Origin: Lophium mytilinum
Lineage: Eukaryota
NCBI GenBank assembly: GCA_010093605.1
Contig: MU004194.1
Span: 1,278,323-1,342,322, forward strand
DNA length: 64,000 bases
Reading direction: 5' to 3'
Shown here: one piece after another, positions 49,025 through 62,725 of the stretch
How positions within the stretch are numbered: the first letter of the stretch is position 1
Layout of the letters: the number at the start of each line of letters is the position of its first letter
Notes under the pieces: model-generated
What the model was told of the DNA's origin: nothing
Seen by the model: the letters and a program-made list of their open reading frames with translations, nothing else
Database searches by the model: none
Translations under genes and position numbers: made by a program

Positions 49025-50181
49025 ATGGTCAGAGTCGCGATTGCGGGAGGGACTGGTGGGCTAGGACGTGCAGTTGTGGAAGAAATTCTCGCAACCAAGA
49101 AACACGATGTCTTCTTGATATCTCGGACTGAGGTTTGTCGCCTGGATGCTCCACTCAATTCTTCTCCAGAAGTCTAATTTAGCCGCGTAATACAGGACGT
49201 TAAGGCTTTCAAAGACGACCCAAATGTCAAGGTCCTCGCCATCGACTACGACTCCCCAGAAGCCATTGCCTCGGTACTAAAATCCAACAACATCGACACC
49301 ATCATCTCCACCCTAGGGATCTTTCAGGAAGCGCAGCAGAAGGCGCAGTTGAACCTGGTTGAAGGAGCAGTGCAGTCGGGGACCGTGAAGCGCTTCGCGC
49401 CCTCGGAATTCGGACTCGATTACGTCCAGAACAAGAAAGAGTGAGTACTCCTTGGATATTCGGCCTTTTTGAACCCAATGCTGACGGCAACCTCGAATAG
49501 CGGCGTCGCCATCCCCTCGGAAGCCATGCGCGACCTCAAGACCGGCACCGTGGACAAGCTTGAGGCTTCGCCACTCACGTACACGCGCTTCGTGTGCGGT
49601 TTCTTCCTCGACTACTTTGGATACCCGCACTACCCGACCTATCTGCCTTATATGGGCATTATATTGGATATTGCCAACGGGGTGGCGGCGATCCCTGGGG
49701 ATGGCGAACAGCCCGTCACCTTCACACTGACGCGGGACGTGGGCAAGTTTGTGGCGGAGAGCTTGAGTCTGGAGAGCTGGGAGCCGACGAGCTACATTGT
49801 TGGTGACAAGGTCAAGCTGAATGATATGCTGAAGTGGGCAGAGGGGGCGACGGGTAAGTGTATTCCTTTCCTAACCTCTCCTCTTACGCTTTTGGCCGAG
49901 ACGCCGGGCTAACGCGATCGAAACGCACAGGAAAGAAGTTCGATGTTCACTATGACGACGTGGCAAAGCTGAAGACCTACCAAGTTACCGAACTCCCGTC
50001 CAACGTGCCGAGATACGCGTTCTTCCCGAAGGAGATGATGTTCGGCATGTTGGCTATGATGGGGCTCGGGATGGCGGAGGGGCACTTCGATTTCAAGGGG
50101 CCGACGCTAAATGAGAAGTTGCCGCAGGTGAAGACGACGAAGGTGAAGGACTTTTTGGAGGAGTATTGGACGGGGAAATAG
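49025..50181 (+). CDS. NmrA-like NAD(P)-binding oxidoreductase
   Basis: MVRVAIAGGTGGLG, VKRFAPSEFG, GFFLDY, DVGKFV; three introns. Confidence 0.88.
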
Positions 50182-50985
50182 ATGGGAAAAAGGAAGAACT
50201 GGTGATGTTGAGAAGAGGATAGCTTGGGACGTTGTTCCCTGGTAGACAAACCTCAGTTTCAATGCTCTTATTGGGCTAAGATTTGATAATCAACATCAAG
50301 AGCTTCAACCCGCTATGGATGAGTGATATGTGCCTCTGTCGTCAGAAACGGAAATTGGAAAGGGGTGCCTCTTTACTGATCGTCTTCCTGATCCACAATG
50401 AAGAAGAGGTGGAGGACAGACTAAGCCTGGGCAGATTTCAGGTGTTGGTCTCGGCTCTTGAGGTCTGTTGAATAAAACGGGGTCCATTACAAAAGCGGCA
50501 TCTTACTGTAGCAATCTGACCTTCTGACAAGCGTATCATGGCACCACGGCAAGAAAATTCATTTCTGGCTTGCTAACCGTTATCGCTGGAGCCTCTTAGC
50601 ATGATTCCAAGTGTCTGGAAGTATGATTATGGGCGTGGCTTGCTGCGCAGCAAAAGTGTGGATTCTGGTGCTTGTATGATTATGCACCGAGCCGGCACCC
50701 CTGACACTTCTCATAATTCACTGGTGGAGTGGAAACGTTACGTCACGTGAAGATGCCAAGCCTCTCCCGAAATGTGTCCTCGAACCTGGCGGTCCATGGG
50801 TCGTCTGAATGTCGTGGGGTTAAATATTCGCAACTTTCTTTGAGCCGTAACACACCACACTCCTTGCTCGCTTTTCGCGCGGCGTTAAGGCACCCTCAGT
50901 CCTCCTAATACTCTTTGCTTTTTTTTGGACTGGTGAAAGCAACCCAAAACCAACATCGCGGAAGAGCGCCTTTCGCAACTCCGCC

Positions 50986-53320
50986 ATGTCCTCCACGGAT
51001 TACAACTACGATGGGGATGTGAGTATTCTCCGTGACTGTTCTGCGAGTAAAACTGACCGCGCATAGGGGCAATTCTTCCCCTACTTCGTCATCACCATTA
51101 CCAGTCTGATCACGATTCCCGTCACATATTCTCTCCTAAAACCTAGCAAAGGTACATTCCACTTAGTGCAGCTAAAGGTTTCGGTTTCCTGACTTTATCT
51201 AGAGCTGGAAAACACTGCGACTCGGATACAGTCGGATTTCACCCCAGAACATGCGGACCTTATTGCTGGACAGAGGAGGAAGCAGAAGCGGCGGGAACGG
51301 AGGTTGAAGAGGGGCATAGTCAGCCTGGGAGGATGGCTAGTGATTGCTTGGATGGTATACTTGATGGTCGTGACTGCGAGGACAATTCCCAAGATTTATG
51401 ATCCATATGATGTCTTGGGGGTATCGAGGGCAAGTTTGGCACCGCACCGCACCGCATGGTAGACATGGAGCAATGCTGACTTTGAATAGTCCGCCAGCGA
51501 GAAGCAGATTAAGTCCCACTACCGAAGACTCAGTCTTACTGAGCACCCCGACAAAGCCCGAGAAGACGCTGCCCGGAACATCACCAAAGAATCGATTAAT
51601 GACCACTGGGTGGAGATCACAAAGGCATTCAAATCTCTGACCGACGAGGAAATCCGGAACAACTATCAGCAATATGGCCATCCCGACGGCAAACAGAGTA
51701 TCAGCATAGGCATTGCGCTGCCGAAGTGGATTGTCACCGAAGGCCACGGCAAATACGTTTTGCTTGTCTATGCGCTCCTCCTGGGTGTACTTCTGCCATA
51801 TTTCGTGGGAAAGTGGTGGTATGGAACACAGCGCGTCACGAGGGACAGAGTGCTTGTTGCGAGTGCTGGACATCTATTCCGAGAATACAAGCCGGAGATG
51901 GGAGATGGTGCCGTAATTGGGGTCCTCAGCAGCGGAGAAGAGTTCAACGAGATTTTGAAGGGAAACAAAGCCGATCATGGTGCCTCGAAAGTGGAACAAA
52001 AGATCCTGGCAGAGGGTGATCTGTCGATTTCGAAGGCCGGTTTGGATGAAAAAGACCGCCGAACACTGCAAGACTTGGAGGGTGCGCGGCGGAAGGTGCT
52101 CTCGTTACTGTGGGCATATCTAGGTCGCATTGAGTTGGACGATGAGACTCTTAACGACGGCAAGTATCTGCGTATCTTCCGTAATAGTGATTATAGGTTA
52201 ACATGCAGCAGAAAAGTTCGAGGTCGCACCTGTTGCCCTTCAGCTCAATGAAGCTTTCGTAGCGATATCTCTCGCGTTTGGCATCACCAGCCCTGTCCTG
52301 TCAGCTTACCACGCCTCTCAAAATCTCATACAAGCTGTCCCACCCAGCGCCTCGCCACTACTACAACTACCGTATTTCACGACAACAGTTGCCAAAGCCG
52401 TAGAAGGAGAAGCTTCCAGGAGGCACATGTCAATCCAGGACTTCATGAACCTCCCGGCTGACCTAAGGAAGAAGCGCGTAGTTGGTCCTGGTCTTCTTAC
52501 TGGAGACCAATACAAGGACGCTATTGCGACAGCTTCGCAGTTGCCGTTCTTGCATGTAGAAAAGACGTTCTTCAAGGTCGTGGGAGAACGCTTTGTTACT
52601 CCCAGCAGTCTAGTCCAGTTCGTCGTCAAGGCTCGCATAATACCTCCAGGAAGCGTCCACGTCCCTCTTGTCAAAGACTCAGATCTCGAAGACATTGACG
52701 CCCCCGAAGGTGACGTGGCTGCCATTACCGGGCGCAAAGACGACAAATCTGGCGAAAAGCCTATCCAGCCTCCGCTAGCCCATGCCCCATACCTCGCCCG
52801 AAACCGTTCACCGCGCTGGCATGTTTTCCTTGCGGATAGCAAGCAAGGCAAGATCGCAGTGCCGCCGTTCACCTTTTCAACCTTCGACAAGCCACTCCTC
52901 GACGAGAGTGGAAAGCCTACTTTTAATGTTCAAACCCTCAAGATGCAGTTCGGGGCACCGCCACAAGCTGGTCAATACACTTTTGTTATGCATCTAGTTT
53001 GCGATTCCTACGTCGGAATGGACACTAAGATGGAAGTGACTCTGGTAGTCGAAGAGGCATCGAAGGCTGAAGAGATGGGAGAGGACGATGAGATAAGCGA
53101 GCCAGATGAGGGTAAGTTGTACTTTCGGATCTCTGATAACCCAGAAGCTAATATAAATTTAGACACTGTAGCAGGACAGCTGCGAACTCTCAAGTCAGGC
53201 AGCCTCCCAGGAGCCACCAAGCCAAAGAAGCGGTATGATTCGAGTGACGGCAGCGATACAGAAGGCGACGTCGATACTGAGAGTGAGACTGATACGGATA
53301 CCGACACGGATGATGAGTAG
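50986..53320 (+). CDS. SEC63: ER translocon J-domain subunit Sec63
   Basis: MSSTDYNYD, three TM segments, J domain YDPYDVLG...HPDK...LTDEEIRNNYQQYGHPDG, Brl domain, acidic tail; includes two GC-AG introns. Confidence 0.95.
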
Positions 53321-53677
53321 GTAGGCACAAGCTGGCAAGGTCTGGAGTTATCATATGCATTTCTAGGCGTTTTATCGATGCTCTCAGGTAGCATCGGTGT
53401 GTAGCAATGCAGTTTCAATAGTACATTAACATTAAACACCCGTATTCGAACTACATGGAATAATCTAACGTGGCAAAGAGTCGATAAGAAGATGTGAAGG
53501 CTTGCTTTAACTCGCGTTCCGGAGCATTCTATACATCTTCGTCTAGGCCACTCATAGTGCTTTGAGGCAAATTCCATATTAATTAGGAAATTAGCATAGG
53601 CAAAATAAAGCGCCACCTACAGCGCCCCGAAACTGCGACTGCCTATCAATACACATCTTCCCATTCTATGGTCTTGG

Positions 53678-54705
53678 TTAGGGTACTCGACCGATCACCT
53701 CCTTCAATAATTCCGGAACGATGACCGAGGCATCGCCTTGAAAGAACCAATCACCATCCTGCTCCCTCTGAACGTCGTCTCCATCCTTTACCTCCATATC
53801 CACCACCGCAACCCTCGCATGATTCACTCTCGCGATGTGAATGTAACCCGCTGCGGGATACACGATAGCAGTCGTCCCAATGACTAACATCAGATCGATC
53901 TGCCCCTTGTCAAGCCACTCTCCAATCCGTTCAGTGACAGGCTGTGGCACCGCCTCGCCGAACAAGACAATGCCGGGGCGGAGGAGGCTGTCAACGCATT
54001 TCGGACAATGGGGCAGATCTGCCCGGGGCACTTCGCGCAGTGGGAAGTTGGCGTCTCCAATGTCCTGGTCTTCTGGCAGCTGGAGCGCGGGGACGATGGG
54101 GTCTGTGTAGTTGGTTTCCTGGAATTCGCAGGCCTTGTTCGTGCAGCGGACCTCGAACAGGGAGCCGTGGATGCGCTCGAGTTGGGAAGGTGAGTGGTTG
54201 GCTTGCTCGGAAAGACCTAATAGTGTTGTTAGTGGGATATTGCGAGGTTTGGTTCGGCGTGAGTACCATCAATGTTCTGCGTGATGGCCAGGAACCCAGG
54301 CTTTTGCTTCGCCAGTTTCGCAAGGGCAATGTGTGCCCGGTTCGGCATCGCCGTCAGCGCCTGGTGGCGCCGATAGTTGTAGAATTGCCAGACTAAGCTG
54401 GGATTTTTGAAGAAGCCCTCGGGACTCGCGAGATCGGTCACATCGTGCTCTCTCCAGAAACCGCCAGCGCCGCGGAAGGTAGGGATGCCAGATGCAGCGG
54501 AGAGGCCAGCGCCGAGAAGCGCAAGGATCCGAGTGGAGGACTTCAAGTGTTCCGCGAACGCAGTGTACTCGTCGATGTTGATGGCGGGATCAAGCTCGAT
54601 GGAGCTCTTGAGCTTTCGTTTCTGTTGCTTCTTATGTATGTCTTGGAGCTCTTTTTGGAATTTTGAAGACTTCCTCGACGCAGCTTGAGCGGACTTATCG
54701 GCCAT
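53678..54705 (-). CDS. Class III sirtuin (SIRT5/CobB-like NAD-dependent deacylase)
   Basis: [35 protein letters not shown] (across an intron ~54217-54266), HGSL, Cxx[23 protein letters not shown]. Confidence 0.92.
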
Positions 54706-56097
54706 GTTGGATTCTGAATCTGGGGACGACGTTTAGCTGAGTATATGACCTGTATAGAACTGGAGAAATAGACCCTTCTCTGCTTGTATATTGTTAGTTG
54801 ACACGCAGTTAATTGAACCGCAGGTCAAGATGACAAACTTGTCTTACCTTCGAGAATCTTGAATATTAGATCTATCGAGGCCCTTCAAGTAGTCTTTACA
54901 AACACTTTCGTTATGGCGCTGTGAAATGAAGAAAATCGGAAGGATGGAATCAAGGTGGAAACACCTCTAGATCGGAAAGCATCTCTGAGTCATGCGACGA
55001 CTTTAGGCAGTCTTTACTGGTACGCTAACCTTGCCTTTCGATTTAGGAACTTGGAAACTGCTTTTGAATGCCTGCATCTGTATGTTCAGTTCTTTGGTAT
55101 CGAGTCTCCACGAAATTTGGTTGGGCGAATGATGGGATTGGCCCCTAACTAGATCGAGCGGTCACGTGAATAGTACGAGGATCTTCGTACTTTAAGCCTC
55201 ACGTGTTGTTTTCCGAGTCTGTCGACCGTGATTGAAGTCAGTGGGGAGTCGGTGCCTCTATAATTGTGGGACAGAACCTTTTCGAACGAATGGCAGCATG
55301 TAAAAGCAGTGCCATTCACGCGATTTGATAAACAGTGATCACCACCACGCCTGGCGTCCACCAGCTGGAAGCTGTTGTTCCCGAGCAACAAGCATGAAGC
55401 TTGGCCCCATATACAGCAAGCCTTTTAAGCTCGAATTAAGCTTAACCAAGATGTGATTTTGACGCCTTGGCGTTGCAGATCCAACGTCGCGACTAGGACA
55501 GTTTCAGTGCTGTCGCGAACTCCCCTGGCCCTACACTAGCTGTACGCCAACCACATCAGCCTCTGCAAAGCCTCACACGCCCGAAGTCTCGGCATTTCAA
55601 ATTCTCACCTCTAGAACCCCCGTCTTCGCCTCCTTGGGGCTTTCCATGTGCGTTCGAGGATCAGTTGCAGTAGTTGGTCCACGTCTTTAGCGCCGCATTG
55701 AGGCATACGTACGGCTTCAGGCAAACGCCAAACAGTCGCATCAATCTCCCGTGGATGTGCTTCAAGGGCGCCGGCCAGGCTTTCGGGATGGCAAGCGGCC
55801 GGATCGCATGATGGGGGCTGGTGGTGGGCGGTCGGAGGTCGAGCGAAGTCTTCTTAAGCTGTGATCTGCCGTCTCCGTTTTTTCCGTCCTACCTCGACTC
55901 CACCACGCTCCGCTCCTCACAGTAGACATTCCTTAGGACTCTTAATCTTCACTCCTTCTTTTACATTCTCTTCTGCAACTTTGATAGTTGCGTTGCTTCG
56001 ATAGCACCTTACACTCTTTCGCGTCTGTGACAGCGCTGGTTTTCCCATCCGACCTAATACATTCTTTGTGTGTAATTCGTAACGTCTCATCGCCATC

Positions 56098-56933
56098 ATG
56101 CTCTTCTCCAAGTCAGCAGCTTTTGTGCTAGCACTAGCGACCGGTTTCGCTTCCCAAGCAGGTATGTGAACGGTCGGACATGTCCCTAGTGCTGTGGGTG
56201 TCCCTGACTAACTCTTACCTTCAGTTGCATACCCAGCGACTCCAGTCGGCAATATCGTAGCCCGATATCCGCAGAACGCTCCCGCCCTACCCGCTCCTGA
56301 GGTCTTTCCTCCTCTAAAGCGGGCCGCCAAAAAGAAGGGAAATTCGAAAAACGACGTGATCAAGATCACTCAAGTCGACATCACGGAAGTTCAAAAAGGA
56401 AACAACGTGGCAATTGTGGAGACGGTTAAAACGGTGTTGATAAAAAACAACAGCAACAACAAGAAGAAGAACAAGAAGAGGAAGGGTTCGTATAAGAAGA
56501 AGAACAGCAAGAACACCACTGTTCTAAAGATTGTGCAACAAATCGAGGTACAACTTTCCGACAATAAAGGCAACAAGGTCAAGAAGGTCGTCTTTGCGCA
56601 GAGCGAAGTCATCGCCAACAAGGGGCAGAAGAAGACGGACACTATCATGAGTAAGTCCATTCGTCCTTCTTCTAATCATGCATGCTGACTGTAATAGTTT
56701 CCGACGCCTCCATTCTCATTGCAAGCGTCGGAGGTGGGGCACAGGGCACGGGCGCGGCTGCTGCTACCGGGGCTGATACAGCTGCGGCTGCTCAGATAAC
56801 GGGCACTGGGGTTGGCAATGCTGCCAATGCGACAGAAGCTGTCACTCTCGCAGACGTTGCGCCGACGTGGACTTCAATCGATCCCGATCCAATCCAGGCG
56901 CTGCTAGCTGCGGCCACCAGCCTTATCGCATAG
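56098..56933 (+). CDS. Secreted hypothetical protein, Lys/Asn-rich core and Ala/Gly/Thr-rich tail
   Basis: MLFSKSAAFVLALATGFASQA signal-like exon, introns ~56162-56224 and ~56651-56697, KR site before the basic region. Confidence 0.7.
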
Positions 56934-58650
56934 TTAGGCAGACGGTCCACTCGGTATCCTTCACCGTACGAGACTCTAATCGTCTTCTTGCCATGCAGAA
57001 CCTGGCGTTCTTGGTTATGTGATAAATGTTGATATGTGTTTGGAAGTGGAGTCGAGGGGGAAGCTGTAGACAAGCACGCTTATTTTGCCGGATATCCGAT
57101 GAAAAATTGTAATTTCAATATCTTGGGTTCTCCATTTTCGGGATGGAATGTGGTTCGAATGACATATTTTGAAATCTAGAGCCCCATGTCTTTGCAAATA
57201 GATCGATATAGCTTTCGTGAAGGGAGAATAAAGATTAACATACTTGATGCCTAAAGCCTTCCTAACGTTATACGAGCATCGATAGAGAGAGCGATAGTAG
57301 ACTGCGACAGGCTTTCGGGGTTGATGACGGCATGTCACGGATAGGTCTTCAGACGACCGCAGGAATCTTGCAAGACGGCGAAATCCGTGTTGAGCCCGGA
57401 AATCCCGCGGGCTAGTCCAAAGAAGAGATGGGAACAGAAATGAGGTGGCGACTTTAGTTCAACGTCAAAAGCCCATATGGGAGGACAGAAGAAATACGAA
57501 GGGACAAATAGCGTACTTGTACTCTAGCCGTTTACCTTTCATCGGCACAGCTGCTTTCCGTGACACTCACACAGTATCAGGACCAGTATGGTGAACCAGC
57601 CAAGATCTCTTAGACAGTCTGAAGCCTCTCAGAGATGTTTCCTTTCGATGTTTTGCAACGAGACAAGTTTCGGAGACTCGTTTTGACTCCGCCTAATACC
57701 TCGAACTTCGGAAACAGGAATGCCGGTGAACGCGCGAAGGATCTTACTACCGTCGTGTCATAGTAGAAGACTATGCTTGGTGATAGAGATGATAGACATG
57801 ACTGTACAATGCTTCTGTCTGCAGCCCCAGGCTCACCATCACAAAAAGTGAGAGTCCGGTGGCCAATGCTTTTTAATACAAGAGGTCATTCTTGTACGTC
57901 CCATTGCTAGAATTCAATTCAGAAACTTGCAGCACATGTAAAGCCAAGCCGTGCGCTTAAGCCCAGCTAAAATGAAAATTATTCGTCCATTCGTTGCTAC
58001 TGCAGATGTGAATAGGTATGTATTTTTCTGTCAGTGCGCGACTCTCACTTTTTGTGATGGTGAGCCTGAGCCCTAAAGATGTCGTTTGGAATAGGAGAGA
58101 AGGGTCGATTAGTTTGCTGAGGTATTGTCTCACGCTACTGGGACTAGCGTCATCGCTTATGTTCAACCTCCCGCGTCGCGTTCACGGACCAACAACACCA
58201 CTCGAGCTCCCATGCGATCTGATGGGAAGCAGAGATGAGAGCTGGCCACCAAGCTCAGCGACCCCTCGTTGGAATCCAATTTGCTCGACAACTAATCGGC
58301 AGCTCACCACTCAGCAACCACAGACCTAGTTGCTGCTCGACCTCACAACTGATCTGCACAGGCTCTGCTAACCAAGATAAACAACACTGAAGCAGTTGCT
58401 AGCGAACCATCTTGCGCTGTAGGCTACCGGCGTGCGACTAGGAGTCACTTTGTGGTTCCATTCGGCAGAATGATTCGTCTGACCAAGGGTAGGTTACAGA
58501 TTCTCCCCCGCTTCCCACTGCGCACGAAGTGCTTGTGTTCTGGTTGCAAGAGAGGACGAGACAAGAAGAAACTATTTGCTCACTGACGGCTTTGACAGTA
58601 TCGAACTTCCCCCTCAACTTAACAGATCTTCATTAGGTTTTCAAAATGCC

Positions 58651-59861
58651 ATGCGATTGAGAATCATTCAAAGAACTAACTGGTTCAAGCATCGCAGCAT
58701 TGTTCTCGCCATAGCAGCTTTCTTCCTCGTGTTCTCATTCTCCCGTCTCAACCCACTCCACTCTAGTCTTCCAAATGTCAAGCCGAGCCTTCCAGTCCTC
58801 AAACCGAGTCTCCCAGTACCCCCGCATGGCTCCAAGATGAAGGAGAACGTGCGAATCGCTAAAGCGTCGATGCTGTACGGGGCTCAGAATGAAATCTTGG
58901 AGGGCGCAATGGAGACGCACAGACTTCACAATGTGAACTACGGCTACGAGATGCACGTCCTCAGACAAAGCATTACCAACGGGTATTGGAACAAGTTCGC
59001 CTATTTGTTCACGCTAGTAGCGAAGGAGTTGACGAAGCCCGAAGAGGAGAGGATTGAGTGGATCATGTATGTGAGGGGCCTCGACCCTAACGGAACGGTC
59101 CATCTCTTACAGTCCATTCGAGTTGATTTGCTGACCGGTGACCGAATCTTTGCAGGTACTTCGACGCCAACAACATCTTTCTCAACCCGCTGATCCCACT
59201 CTCCATATTTCTGCCGCCGCCGGATTTCGCCCATGTCAACATGCTCGTCTCCAACCACCCCTACGGCCTCAGCAGCTCGGTCTTCTTTCTCCGGGTCTGC
59301 CCTTGGTCTCTCAAACTGCTGGTCGCAGTAATGGGGTTGCCTATGTTCGACTCTGGCATTGACTCTGTCATAGCCATGGACCTAGCCTGGGATCGCGCCT
59401 CGCTCGCCAAAGTCCTCGACCGGCCTGAATTTCGCTCAAAAGTTTTGTATCAGCCCGCCAGCTGGTACAATTCCGCCAAGTCCATCAACGGATCCTCAAT
59501 CACCATACCCGGCCTGTTGCTTCTACAGTTTCACATCTCCCTCGAAGGCAATCGGTGGTCGAGCATGAAGGATGTTCTGGACGAGTTGGCAACTGATGCA
59601 ACGAAGTTTGCTATGAAGCTGGAAGATACGGCATACCCAGCAGCCATCGAGGACTACTGGAATCGTGTCAAGTCGGCAAGGCTCAGGCTACGAGAGGCGG
59701 AGCAGGGCCTGGAGTTTATGGGCGAGGACGTGTCTGCGGAGCTCAAGAAAGCAATTGAGTCTTTCAGGAAAGGCTTTGCTGTTACGGTTGCAGATGAGGA
59801 TGAGCTGAATCAGGCGGTCGGTCGCTTGAAGGACGCAATGTGGAGTCACAGCGACAATTGA
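58651..59861 (+). CDS. Glycosyltransferase family 34 (GMA12/MNN10-like)
   Basis: Type II TM anchor, RIAKASMLYG, H...YGY...LR, YWNKFAYL...ELTKPEEERIEWIMYFDAN..FLNP..PL.IFLPP, VFFLRVCPWS; intron 59068-59156; start uncertain. Confidence 0.85.
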
Positions 59862-60607
59862 CTGGCCCTAGTGTATGTCGGCACTACTTGTTGCTTGTTG
59901 GAAATGGGCTTGATGGCAGTGGGAGACACTGTCGGCTCTTATGACTGTAATTGTACCATACTCAAGGCGCTGAAAGTGCGCGCCACGGCGTTTCGGAACT
60001 TGTTTTGAGTGTATGTCTCATGTGTTCTTGGCCTCCTCTGTGCGGTGACAAATTGCTGAGTACACGTGTTTGTCGCTGTTCGAAGTCCTTCAATCCATTT
60101 TCAAGAAGCTGCACGAGATGCAGGTAGATCCCTTTGACAGACCTGTAACTCGCCGAGCCATCACAAACGATGTCATGCGCCAGTACACAGATTGGATATA
60201 GAAAAAAAAGCCTCGAGCGACAGAACACAAATCTAATGTGTGCACACTTGCTTGCCACTGTCTGAGGCACCTCGGTTCGGGATCAAAACTCTGGATAGGT
60301 TGTGAAAGTCTCAAGGACGTAACTGAGATAGGTTTTAGACGTGCGATTGTTCTGCATACATCAGCAGACTATTTTAGTATCGAAGAACTGAATCGGCGTA
60401 CAATCCAAGACCATGAACCTTGACCAGAGTCATATCCCGTCGGTAAAGAACACCCAAACCGCACCTGAAGGTACCAGACGCCCCGGGTCCAACACCAAAT
60501 GATTCCCTGATTCTGTTGATACCCCAACACCAATTGACACAGCCACCGCTAAAGAACCCAAGAAGCGCCAAACTCCAAGCCCGAACATATATTTCCGAAA
60601 TAAGCGC

Positions 60608-61916
60608 CTAATCGCCCGTATCCATCTCTTCCCCCTCCTCCTCGCCCTCGCCCCCCTTCCTACTCATCCCCTTCACCAGTCCCTCCAACGCCCTTACCTC
60701 ATCCCCAGCAACCCGCCGCCCCTCAACCGCACCTCCATTCCTCACATCCACGCCTCTCCGCTCCAGAACTCTCCGCGTCTGGCTCTCCACATACTCCTTC
60801 CGCTCTCTCGCCGCCTCGGCCGCCTCCGTCGTCTCCCGGCCCGACGGCAGCGACGCGGTCGCGAGATACGGCTTCAGCCCCTCCAGCTGCGCCCGAAGCG
60901 CCGGCAGCTGCGCGAGGGTGAAGGTCGTGTGTGTCGTTATAGGGCCAGAGGTCGACTCCGGGCCTGACGCGGCTCTAGAAACAGAGGCATGGGGGAGGGG
61001 TTGGATGCCCAAGCTCTGCGCAGCGGGCGTGTGGGTGAGGAAGGCGAAGGCGCCGTCGCCGTTGCTGTTTATGACAGGTATCTCGTTTTGGCTGGGAGAG
61101 GAGTGCTCGGTCTTTGGGGGAGGAGGAGGGGGAGAGAGGAAGCTGCGGAGGCGGGCGAGGGTGGTTTCGTTGCGGGTTTTCTCAGCGAGGAGAGCGGCGT
61201 GGAGTTTCTGTGTTTCTTGCAGCTTGCGGCGGAGCTGTTGGAGGGACTCGGGGGTGGGTGTTGTGGCGTTTGGGGCGGGAATGGTGAGGTTCTGGGGCTT
61301 GTTAGTCTTCGTTCATGACTGGAAGGTTTAACTCCCAACTCTGAAGATGAACTCCAGTCCACCTCTCGAGAGCCAGTTCAATCCCGAATTCCTCAACCAA
61401 TCCAGGAGCCACGACATCCCCAGAGCACTCAACGAATCCACTAACCTCATAATGCCCCAACCTCACCCACGGCACCAAATCCTCTGGCACCGTCAAAACA
61501 TTCCTGAGCGTATAAATCTCAAACCGGTCAAAGTTCTTGTCAATCGTGTTTTCCAGCAGCGTCTCTAGCTGGTGCACGCCCTCGTCAATCTCGAGCTTCG
61601 CCTCCGGAAACACCTGCTTGCCCTCGTCATCCGTCTCTGGCACTCGGCCTTCTTCCTTTGCGCGCGACTCGAAGCCCAGCTGCATTGGGTCCGCTGCGAG
61701 CAGGGACGACTCGATCGCGTCGGTCGCGTGGTAGGCGCGCTCGTTGACGGCATTGATGATGTCGTCTATGAGGGTCTGTGAGGAGGAGCTTCGTCAGTTG
61801 TGTCTCGTGGGGCATGTCGGGGAGCTGGGGTGGGGTGAAGGGGTGACGCGTACGAGGGGCGTGAATTTGAAGTGTTCGGTGAGCAGTAGGTTTTGCACTT
61901 GTTTCGGGTTTGCCAT
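60608..61916 (-). CDS. MIS12: Kinetochore protein Mis12/Mtw1
   Basis: MANPKQVQNLLLTEHFKFTPL/TLIDDIINAVN, EIDEGVHQLETLLENTIDKNFDRFEIYTLRNVL, ERKEYVESQTRR; two introns. Confidence 0.92.
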
Positions 61917-62725
61917 ATTGGAGGTATAGACGTGTTCTGAGGCGCGTCAAGCACGCCGGCGCAAGTCGAAGTGGGCGTGTTGGTGAGGGTTGTTTACAGA
62001 TATCTTGGCGCGACCGCTCGGTTAGAGCTTCAGTTTCAGCCTTGTGGCCTGGCCGCCGGGCTCCCCAACGCAGACTACCTATGGCAGGGTTGCTGTGGGG
62101 TAGTTGATAGTGGCGCACCTGGGCGCTTACAAGCTTACCTAATCGTCAAATCGATTCACTGGCGAGACGTCATTTCAATATTGTTGGGTTGGTCATCCGA
62201 GAACATGTCCCAGATCAGTCATTGAGTAGTGCTCTTCCTATCCAGGGCTTCCCGTCCTGCAGTGTGCTCCCAAGAGCCTCCCCTACTGCCCGAACACCAG
62301 ACACCTTCGACTTCGTCTCCACGTCTATGCACCAAAAGATAGGAATGGGAGAACAGCAGACTACCGGGTCCAGCTCCATATAGACGCAATAGACAGAACG
62401 CATGGAATTTTGTCTTTCTCCGCAAATAACATCAACTTGCCTGCCCTCAGGGACCAGAAGTGGCCGATTGACAAGTGGCAGCAGAAACATGCAGAAACAT
62501 GATTAGTGGCGCCCAAGTGCTACCCAGGTCGACATCCATCGCCGCAGAAAGTATAAGAGAATCGTCACTTTGACGCCAAAATCCAGTGGAAACAGTCCGT
62601 CGCCCTGCCATGCATCGTATCGACTAGTCGTAAATGCAGAAGATGAGACATGTCCCGAGGCAGCAACAACGTGCCTGGGGTAAGTGGATGATCGTTCGAC
62701 ACCGTCGTAATATCATAGCCCTCCA

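Noticed and set aside
50600..50750. Repeated GTATGATTATG with a downstream CTGA (snoRNA-like) and ACGTCACGTG (bZIP/UPR-like site) upstream of SEC63
   Set aside because: Motifs are too short and degenerate to call without conservation or expression data.
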